Of a stretch of DNA of 32,000 nucleotides, positions 10,535 through 17,296 are shown in pieces; position 1 is the first letter of the stretch; every line of letters begins with the position of its first letter. The position numbers were made by a program, and so were the translations under genes. The notes below the pieces were generated by a model. It saw nothing but the letters and a program-made list of their open reading frames with translations. It searched no databases and was not told the DNA's origin. Origin of the DNA: Neomoorella thermoacetica (lineage in GTDB: Bacteria; Bacillota; DSM-521; Neomoorellales; Neomoorellaceae); NCBI RefSeq assembly GCF_001267405.1, contig NZ_CP012369.1, positions 2,180,402 to 2,212,401 of the forward strand, in the 5' to 3' direction.

Positions 10535-12767
10535 CGACCCTTCCTCCCTCCCCTATTACCGTTTTTGGTACGTTAGCTTTTTCCAGATCAACGAGGTATT
10601 TGGCCTTCTTCTCTAGATAAATAGCTCGGGCTTCTTCCGGTGATATTTTATCCATCCTGGCAGCCGCCAACTTAAACTCGGGCGTAGAGCAAATAGCATC
10701 ATTGGCTGTATTGGTCAATTCATTACAGCAGGCTTCCCAGTAATGGAAGGTCATAAAAATAGTCCCCTCGGGTACCCGCTCGGTCACCCATGCCCGTACT
10801 GCCACATAGCCTCGCCTGGTGGATACCTTGACAAAGTCGCCGTCGTTGATGCCCATTTTCCTGGCATCCTGGGGATTGATCTCCACCAATTCGTTAGGTC
10901 CAATTTGGTCAAGGAGCCATGATTTACGGGTCATAGTACCCGTATGATAATGATATACTCGCCTGCCGTTGGTCAGGATAAAAGGATATTCCTCGTCAGG
11001 CAACTCGGCAATAGTGCCAACAATGACCTGATTGCCAGCTTTTGCCTTCTCCTTCGACGCGCCATTGGAGGCTTTCGCATAGAATATTACTGGATAAAGC
11101 CGTGCTTTACCGGACGGTGTGAGGAATTTACCTCCCTCGTAAAGGATGGGCGTTCCTGGATGTTCCTCCTGCGGGCAGGGCCAGGTAATGCCCCGGACAC
11201 TCTCCAGACGGGCGTAGCTTATGCCGCCGAACTTCTCCGGCACCAGGCGTCTTACCTCATCCCAGATTTCCTGGGAATTACTGTAATTTAATCCCATATA
11301 CCCCATTTTCTGAGCTAACATTCCAAAGATTTGCCAGTCCGGTCGTGCCTCGCCGGGTAGGTCCACCGCTTTACGTACCCGCTGCACCCTGCGCTCGGTA
11401 TTGGTGAAAGTGCCGTCCTTTTCCGCCCAGGAAGCAGCCGGCAGTACCACATCCGCCAGGCGGGCGGTCTCTGTGAGGAAAATATCCTGTACGACCAGGA
11501 GGTCGAGATGCTCCAGGGCATGACGCAGGTGGTCACTATCGGGATCGCTCATTATAGGATTCTCACCAAAGATATACAGGGCCCGGATCTTTCCCTCTAA
11601 TATGGCCTCCGGGACTTCCGGGATCCGGATACCCGGCTTGGAGGGCAACTTCACCTTCCACTCTTTTTCAAAGCGGCGCCGCCACTCTTCCCGGGTGACG
11701 TTAAGGTAACCGGGGAGAACATCTGGTAATCCGCCCATATCACAGGCGCCCTGGACGTTATTCTGACCCCTGAGGGGGCACACGCCGGTGCCGGGACGTC
11801 CCAGATTGCCTGTGACTACGGCCAGGTTAGAAAGGGAGACTACGTTACCCGTACCGTGGCTAAACTGCGTAACGCCCATGCAGTACAAAATCATTGCTGC
11901 CTGGGCGCGACCGTAAAGGCGCGCCGCCTCAATCAGGTCCCTTTGAGGAATTCCGGTAAGCTCCTCCACATAAGCCGGGGTGTACTGTTCCACTGCCCGC
12001 ACCAGTTCGTCGAGGCCCTCGGCGTGTTTCTGGATAAAGTCCTTTTTAACCAGCCCCTCTTTTATAATGAGATGGAGCATGCCGTTGATAAGGGGAATAT
12101 TATAACCGACAGGTACCCTGAGCCAAATATCGGCTTTGTTGGCCATTTCTGTCAGACGCGGATCGGCTACAATGAGCTTTGCCCCACGCTCCTTGGCTTT
12201 TAGGACATGCCTGGCCACCAGGGGATGGCATTCAGCAGTATTGGAACCTATGATAAAAATAACATCCGAGTAAGTGCTTATTTCGGCGATAGAGTTGGTC
12301 ATTGCCCCGCTGCCCAGTGTCATCGCCAGACCGGCGACAGTAGGCGCGTGTCAGAGGCGGGCACAATGATCGATATTATTGGTACCCATTACCGCCCTGG
12401 TAAACTTCTGGGCGGCATAATTGTCCTCATTGGTGGCTCGCGCCGAAGTAAACAGGGCAAAAGCATCCGGACCGGACTCTTCTTTAATCTTTTTAAGGCG
12501 GCTGACAACATACTCCAGCGCTTCATCCCAGGAAACCGCAACAAATCCGCCGTCTTTCTTTATTAAAGGAGCAGTCAGGCGCCGGGAATCCTGAACGTAC
12601 TGGTAACCATAATAGCCCTTTACACAGAGCTCACCTTCACTCACTGGATGGAGACGGTCCGGAGCGACGCCGGTAATTTTGCCATCCTGAACGGTAAGGT
12701 TCAGGCCGCAGCCAGTGCCGCAGTATGGACATACTGTCAATACCTGTTCTGGCTCCACTTTTTTCAT
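10527..12767 (-). CDS. fdhF: Formate dehydrogenase H catalytic subunit, selenocysteine-containing (Mo/W-bis-PGD), 746 aa with in-frame UGA at 12353-12351
   Basis: Track ORFs 12351..12767 and 10527..12323 are in the same frame and are separated only by TGA. Read-through gives ...[30 protein letters not shown]..., which matches the FdhF Sec context CARV-U-HGPSVAGL. The N-terminus has the 4Fe-4S motif CPYCGTGCG...CVKG. AGGAGG lies 7 nt before the ATG. Confidence 0.93.
12322..12353 (-). promoter_or_regulatory. UGA codon plus candidate bacterial SECIS hairpin
   Basis: The minus-strand RNA reads UGA CAC GCG CCU ACU GUCGCC-GGUCU-GGCGAU. This gives a 6-bp stem (12338-12333 with 12327-12322) and a GGUCU loop starting 12 nt after the UGA. 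The loop resembles the E. coli fdhF SECIS apical loop. Confidence 0.7.
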
Positions 12768-12794
12768 CGAGCAACCTCCTAATAATTCTTATGA

Positions 12795-12862
12795 ACTCCA
12801 CGGGAAAGAGCCGCGGTATTGTTAATCCCTTATTCCTTGACCCCCCGCGTTGAGCCCGGAGT
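12795..12862 (-). promoter_or_regulatory. Intercistronic stem-loop between focA and fdhF
   Basis: In the minus-strand RNA, ACUCCGGG (12862-12855) pairs with CCCGUGGAGU (12804-12795), with a 2-nt bulge. An inner GCGG/CCGC helix is also possible. The element sits about 15 nt upstream of the fdhF AGGAGG. Confidence 0.45.
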
Positions 12863-12981
12863 AGGCTAGATACATAGACCTAAAGATGTATAGACATATT
12901 AGGGTTAGATATCAGGTGTTATGCTTGTCAGACCAGTTAGACTGAATGGGGCTGCCTACTATGATTGCAACGGTGATTAAT

Positions 12982-13887
12982 TTAAGCGGCTTTGGAAAAC
13001 CTCACAGAACGTTCTTTTTCTGCTTTTAAATAAACATACCAGTATACCGTTCCAACAAATAAACCCGCGCCAACGATATTACCCAGAGTTACCGGGATGA
13101 GGTTGTTCACAAAGAATGTTTCCCACGTCGCCTTTAAGACGGGAGCCTGGGTGGCGATACCTTGCGCAGTATGCGTAAAGGCTACATAGGCGGGATTGTT
13201 ACCGACAAAAATACCGAGAGGTATGAAAAACATGTTGGCCACCGAGTGCTCAAAGCCCACAGCCACGAAGGCCATAATCGGCCACCACATGGCATAAATC
13301 TTGCCAGCAATGTCGTTGGCGCTGAAGGCCATCCAAACGGCCAGGGCAACCAACCAATTGCAGCCAACTCCTCGCCAGAAAGCTTCCCACCAGTTCAATG
13401 CGGTTTTGGCATTAGCAAGATTAACTATAAATGCCGCCCAGGGCATTTTGGCCACTACATCTCCGGTCTTAACAGGTTCCAGAGTCAACCCCGTCATGTA
13501 CGCAAGGAAAAAGGCAACAAAAATAGACCCGATGAAATTACCCAGGTAGGCAAGAACCCAGTTCTTGAAAACACCATTAACTCCAATTTTCCTTTCCAGC
13601 AAGGCTAAAGGTTGAGTCATGAAGTTACCGGTAGCGAGCTCTGCCCCAGCGATAATGACCATCATCAGGCCAACCGGGAAAACGCCGGCAAAAATAAGTT
13701 TTTGCAGGCTGCCCCACACTTCATTAGGGACTGCACCGCTTACGCGAACGGCAAGTAATCCTCCCAGGGCAATATAGGCTCCTGCCAGAAAGCCAAGGAC
13801 CAGGGTTTTGTTAACAGGCAAAGCGGCTTTCTTTACTCCTGCTTGAACTATATCCATAGCTACTTCTTTTGGTAGTTTGAAGGCCAT
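12982..13887 (-). CDS. focA: Formate/nitrite transporter family channel (FocA-like)
   Basis: 301 aa, six or more hydrophobic segments. Has FNT-like blocks such as GAELATGNF and FEHSVANMFF. First gene of the fdhF-hyf string. Confidence 0.92.
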   Translation of the reverse strand: MAFKLPKEVAMDIVQAGVKKAALPVNKTLVLGFLAGAYIALGGLLAVRVSGAVPNEVWGSLQKLIFAGVFPVGLMMVIIAGAELATGNFMTQPLALLERKIGVNGVFKNWVLAYLGNFIGSIFVAFFLAYMTGLTLEPVKTGDVVAKMPWAAFIVNLANAKTALNWWEAFWRGVGCNWLVALAVWMAFSANDIAGKIYAMWWPIMAFVAVGFEHSVANMFFIPLGIFVGNNPAYVAFTHTAQGIATQAPVLKATWETFFVNNLIPVTLGNIVGAGLFVGTVYWYVYLKAEKERSVRFSKAA

Positions 13888-13995
13888 TGAGCTTTATTTC
13901 CTCCCGCAAAGCAAGTTTGAATTAGTCCTGCGTGTTTAGTTCATGACCCTGAGCTATGACTTATGTTGCAGCCGTTTATCGGGGCGGAGCGGAGA

Positions 13996-14112
13996 CCCTT
14001 GACATGAATAATGCCCGTGTTAACCTTCTCTGGTCTGGCAAGGGGCAGCAAGCAAAACCGGCCGCCACTTTCCCACCCATAGATACACGGACATGAGGCC
14101 CCATGTCAAGGG
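13996..14112 (-). promoter_or_regulatory. Nested inverted repeats in the focA 5' leader (candidate structured RNA)
   Basis: An 11-nt perfect inverted repeat has arms CCCTTGACATG (13996-14006) and CATGTCAAGGG (14102-14112). It encloses a second pair, CCGTGT (14015-14020) with ACACGG (14085-14090), and a third, GGCAGC (14044-14049) with GCCGCC (14061-14066, one G-U pair). Confidence 0.4.
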
Positions 14113-14281
14113 AGGCTACAATATAATAGCAAAAAATATTTCTTTCACGTTATCCGTTTCGCGTAAAATTGCTTTAATCCATTTTATTAAGTCGCACCCA
14201 AGCGACACATCCTCCGCGACCCCATTTTCCCGCATATTATCTAAGTAGCCAAGCCCTGTCACCCTCCTCGTACATTACATT

Positions 14282-14346
14282 CATTATTTATTATAACATA
14301 TTTCGACTTCATACAACATATTTCATGATTTATTATAGCATATTTC
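14282..14346. repeat. AT-rich direct repeats (two 23-nt copies plus a half copy)
   Basis: CATTATTTATTATAACATATTTC (14282-14304) and CATGATTTATTATAGCATATTTC (14324-14346) share 21/23 positions at a 42-bp offset. The core AACATATTTC recurs at 14315-14324. Confidence 0.8.
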
Positions 14347-14631
14347 CATGGATTCCGGTACAAAAACCACCTAAAAACCTCAAAAAACGACATCACGAAG
14401 ATGGAAAGAGATACAAAGAGCAACATCAACCAACATTTAAGTTTCACGGTGATAAACAGGTTATAGTTGCTATTGGGTGAATTTTAAATTTAGAAGTCTT
14501 AAGCACCTACACTACCGTATCAAGGTAACCTGCGCAGCTACAGGGATGGTCTTAAAAAGGCCTCCGTTGCCTTCTCGAGGTCATAACGCCCAGAATTCTT
14601 CCTTGACAGGTAACGGGAAGGGGATTAAACT

Positions 14632-14645
14632 ATATATGCATATAT
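14632..14645. promoter_or_regulatory. Perfect 14-bp palindrome ATATATGCATATAT upstream of arsR-family gene (candidate operator)
   Basis: Read directly from the sequence. Lies 25 bp upstream of the TTG start at 14670 and just before the AAAGGAGGAG ribosome-binding site. Confidence 0.5.
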
Positions 14646-14669
14646 TCTAATATAAAAGGAGGAGCAACC

Positions 14670-14993
14670 TTGGCTGAAAGGATATATAGTATGAAAGCGG
14701 AGTTTTTTAAAGCCCTGGCCCACCCGACCAGGGTGAAGATCCTGGAGCAACTCCGCCAGGGGGAAAAGTGCGTCTGCGAGTTTATAGAGGACCTGGACCT
14801 GGAGCAACCCAATATTTCCCAACATCTGGCCGTTTTGCGCAAGCAGGACATCGTCGTCTCCCGCAAAGAGGGGTTAAAGGTCCTTTACCGGGTGAAGCAT
14901 CCGGAGATCTTCCAGGTACTGGACCTGGTGGGGACTATCCTTACCCAGGAAATAGCTTCGACCATGGCGGAGTTGCAGAAGAATAGCCATTAA
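14670..14993 (+). CDS. ArsR/SmtB-family metalloregulator
   Basis: 107 aa. Winged-HTH block HPTRVKILEQL...EKCVCEFIEDLDLEQPNISQHLAVLRKQDIV contains the CVC motif. TTG start sits 7 nt after GGAGG. An alternative ATG is at 14691. Confidence 0.9.
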   Translation: MAERIYSMKAEFFKALAHPTRVKILEQLRQGEKCVCEFIEDLDLEQPNISQHLAVLRKQDIVVSRKEGLKVLYRVKHPEIFQVLDLVGTILTQEIASTMAELQKNSH

Positions 14994-15010
14994 AGAGGGG
15001 AAGAAAGATT

Positions 15011-15964
15011 ATGCTCAAGGCCCTGGCGGATTATATTGTCTACCGCCTTTTCAATCTGGCCCACGGCACCAGGCTGGCCGAGGCCCTGAATTTCTTTATC
15101 TACGATTCGGTCAAAATCTTTATCATGCTGGCCGTGATTATCTTTATCGTGTCCGTTATCCGCAGCTTTTTCCCGCCGGAAAGGACGCGGGCCATCTTGA
15201 GCCGCAGGCATGAGTATGTGGGTAACATCCTGGCTTCCCTTCTGGGGATCGTCACCCCCTTTTGTTCCTGTTCAGCAGTGCCGGTCTTCATCGGCTTCGT
15301 GGAATCCGGGGTACCCCTGGGGGTTACCTTCTCCTTTTTGATCTCGTCACCCATGGTAAACGAGGTGGCCCTGGTCATGCTGTGGGGGATGTTTGGCTGG
15401 AAGATAGCCCTTATCTATATTGCCAGCGGCCTGGCGGTGGCCATAGCCGGGGGCCTGGTCATCGGCCGCCTGCACCTGGAACGCGAGGTTGAAGATTATG
15501 TCTACGAAATTAAGCTGGGGGAAACGGCGACTTTAGCCACCTTAACCTGGCAGGACCGGGTCAACTATGCCCGGGGGTACGTGAAAGAGATCCTGAAGCG
15601 GGTCTGGCTTTTTGTCCTCATCGGCATTGGCATCGGTGGCTTTATCCACGGTTACGCGCCGGAAACGCTGCTGCTGCGCTATGCCGGCCCCGGTAACCTC
15701 CTGGCCGTACCGGTGGCCGTGGCCATAGGGGTGCCTTTATATTCCAACGCCGCCGGCACCATCCCCATTGTCCAGGCCCTGATGGAAAAGGGTATGTCCC
15801 TGGGAACAGTCCTGGCCTTCATGATGTCCGTTACCGCCCTGTCCCTGCCGGAGATGATAATCCTGCGCAAGGTTTTAAAACGGCGGCTGATTGCTATTTT
15901 TATCGGGATTATAACAGTAGCTATCATGCTGGTAGGTTATTTGTTTAATATTATCCTGGGATAA
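15011..15964 (+). CDS. DUF318/ArsP-type permease (PF03773-like)
   Basis: 317 aa, polytopic, with the Cys-pair motif GIVTPFCSCSAVPVF. Lies 17 nt downstream of the ArsR gene, which is the typical arsR-permease pairing. Confidence 0.85.
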   Translation: MLKALADYIVYRLFNLAHGTRLAEALNFFIYDSVKIFIMLAVIIFIVSVIRSFFPPERTRAILSRRHEYVGNILASLLGIVTPFCSCSAVPVFIGFVESGVPLGVTFSFLISSPMVNEVALVMLWGMFGWKIALIYIASGLAVAIAGGLVIGRLHLEREVEDYVYEIKLGETATLATLTWQDRVNYARGYVKEILKRVWLFVLIGIGIGGFIHGYAPETLLLRYAGPGNLLAVPVAVAIGVPLYSNAAGTIPIVQALMEKGMSLGTVLAFMMSVTALSLPEMIILRKVLKRRLIAIFIGIITVAIMLVGYLFNIILG

Positions 15965-15990
15965 ATGGGTTCCGTTACTGAAGGCTGCCC

Positions 15991-16473
15991 TCAGTCTTCT
16001 ACAAAATAGCGCATACTCTCTTTTTTTAGTTCGGCGGTACTGTAAAGGAGCCGGTAGTTGTAGTGGCCGATGGCGTTCGCCAGCCGCCGGGCCAGCACCT
16101 CACACTGCTGGCGGTTGTAGCCATGGACCACGGCATAGAGATTGTAAGGCCACTCCGGCCGGGTTTGCCGCTGGTAACAATGGGTGACCTCCCGGAAAGA
16201 GGCCAGTTTCCGACCGGCAGCGGCAACCTCGGCCTCCGGCACCTGCCAGACGATCATGGCATTGGCCACCAGGCCTGCTTTACGGTGGCGCAGGGCGGCG
16301 CCGAAACGGCGCATGATACCTTCCCGCTGGAGGGCCTTCAGGCGGGCCAGCAGTTCTTCCTCCTTAAGGCCCAGCTCCCGGGCCGCCCGGCGGAAGGGGT
16401 AGGGCTCCAGGGGCAGGTCTCCCTGGAAGATGCGGACAATATTTTTTTCCACTTCAGAGAGCTGGCGCGGCAT
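15991..16473 (-). CDS. AsnC/Lrp-like siroheme decarboxylase subunit (AhbA/AhbB, NirD/L/G/H family)
   Basis: 160 aa. IVRIFQGDLPLEPYPFRRAARELGLKEEELLARLKALQREGIMRRFGA is an Lrp-type HTH followed by a ligand domain. It is a paralog of the adjacent gene, as expected for the AhbA/AhbB pair. Confidence 0.8.
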   Translation of the reverse strand: MPRQLSEVEKNIVRIFQGDLPLEPYPFRRAARELGLKEEELLARLKALQREGIMRRFGAALRHRKAGLVANAMIVWQVPEAEVAAAGRKLASFREVTHCYQRQTRPEWPYNLYAVVHGYNRQQCEVLARRLANAIGHYNYRLLYSTAELKKESMRYFVED

Positions 16474-16475
16474 TT

Positions 16476-16934
16476 TTAATCCTCAGCCTCCAGGTCAAAA
16501 TTGACGCGAATCTTAAAGGGGCGTTCGGCCGGGAGTTCCAGGAGCTCGGTTATACCGGTACGTTCTTTAATGGCCCTGATAACATTTTCCAGGTGCCGGC
16601 GGTCGGGGCCAATCAGGGTAAACCACATGTTATAGTCATGTTCCCGGAGATAGTTGTGGGTGACGCCGGGGAAGGAATTGACCACCGCTGCCACTTCTTC
16701 CAGGCGGCCGGGTGGCACCTTGAGGGCACAGAGGGTGCTGGTATAGCCCAGCTGGCGGAGTTCGAAGACGCCGCCCAGGCGGCGAATAATGCCCTCGGTT
16801 TTTAGCTTTCTAATCTTCCGGATAACCTCGTCCTCGCTGAGGCCCAGGCGGCACCCGATCTCCTGGTAGGGACGCGCCACCAGGGGGAATTCTTTCTGAA
16901 TGAGGTTGAGGAGCCGGCGGTCGAGTTGGTCCAA
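16476..16934 (-). CDS. AsnC/Lrp-like siroheme decarboxylase subunit (AhbA/AhbB family)
   Basis: The track ORF extends to 16994, but TTG at 16934 lies 6 nt after GGAGGA and gives MDQLDRRLLNLIQKEFPLVARPYQEIG..., which aligns with the start of its paralog. Confidence 0.78.
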   Translation of the reverse strand: MDQLDRRLLNLIQKEFPLVARPYQEIGCRLGLSEDEVIRKIRKLKTEGIIRRLGGVFELRQLGYTSTLCALKVPPGRLEEVAAVVNSFPGVTHNYLREHDYNMWFTLIGPDRRHLENVIRAIKERTGITELLELPAERPFKIRVNFDLEAED

Positions 16935-17214
16935 CAGGATTCCTCCACAAATGATAATACTACGGATTATTGATGGTTTATTCGCGACCAGCATTAAAAA
17001 ATCCTTTTAGGAAATATCCGGGGCAGGATTTTATCCGGACCCGGACCGGGCCGGCCATAAAGGGATAACACCCCTTCCCGGCGAGATAACTGATAACAGG
17101 GGCATCTTGCCGGTCGTTATTTACTGCCAGCCGCCAGTCAGGAAACTATTAGCCCCGTTTTGCAGGATTCCGGCGGCTGAATGTGGAATTTTAATTCTGA
17201 GGGGAGGAAGGGCC

Positions 17215-17295
17215 TTGCCCGCTGCCGGTTACCCGCAGCAGACTACCCCCGCCCGGATTTTCGGGTACCGGGTAACCGGGGCTGTAAGCCCGTAA
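17215..17295 (+). CDS. Candidate 26-aa upstream ORF (leader peptide) coupled to resB
   Basis: GGAGGA (17203-17208) lies 6 nt before TTG at 17215. Translation: MPAAGYPQQTTPARIFGYRVTGAVSP. The TAA at 17293-17295 sits 1 nt before the resB ATG, and resB has no Shine-Dalgarno sequence of its own. Confidence 0.3.
   Translation: MPAAGYPQQTTPARIFGYRVTGAVSP
17225..17279 (+). repeat. 11-bp perfect inverted repeat CCGGTTACCCG / CGGGTAACCGG enclosing an inner hairpin
   Basis: The arms are at 17225-17235 and 17269-17279. The inner hairpin is CCCG-GATTTT-CGGG at 17252-17265. All of this lies inside the candidate uORF and ends 18 nt before the resB ATG. Confidence 0.75.
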
Positions 17296-17296
17296 A

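Noticed and set aside
12351-12767. 138-aa ORF read as a stand-alone truncated molybdopterin protein or pseudogene
   Set aside because: Its stop is a TGA in the exact FdhF selenocysteine context. The downstream ORF is in frame and a SECIS-like hairpin follows, so I merged the two into one selenoprotein CDS.
14116-14262. 39-48-aa minus-strand ORF (…MRENGVAEDVSLGCDLIKWIKAILRETDNVKEIFFAIIL) upstream of focA
   Set aside because: The peptide looks protein-like. However, the ATG has no Shine-Dalgarno sequence and the GTG abuts GGAGG with no spacing. The ORF also overlaps the best promoter candidate. I keep it only as something to check by tblastn.
13888-14300. Sigma-54 promoter (TGGCAC-N5-TTGC) or FhlA-type UAS, as found in the E. 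coli formate regulon
   Set aside because: I scanned the minus strand upstream of focA and fdhF by eye. No GG-N10-GC element with the correct spacing was found.
14282-14346. CRISPR-like array
   Set aside because: There are only 2.5 AT-rich repeat copies separated by about 20 bp, with no spacer-sized unique segments and no cas genes.
14259-14447. 62-aa minus-strand ORF (MKLKCWLMLLFVSL...) in the AT-rich gap
   Set aside because: It lies in low-complexity AT-rich DNA made of direct repeats. It has no ribosome-binding site and its composition is unlike the neighbouring genes. It is most likely a chance ORF.
16935-16994. N-terminal extension MLVANKPSIIRSIIICGGIL of the AhbA/B-like ORF
   Set aside because: The internal TTG at 16934 has a GGAGGA-6-nt ribosome-binding site and matches the start of the paralog. 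The extension has no RBS.
17107-17295. 62-aa plus-strand ORF upstream of resB taken as a full gene
   Set aside because: There is no RBS at its annotated start and its composition is odd. Only the last 26 codons follow a good SD, and I report those as a low-confidence uORF.
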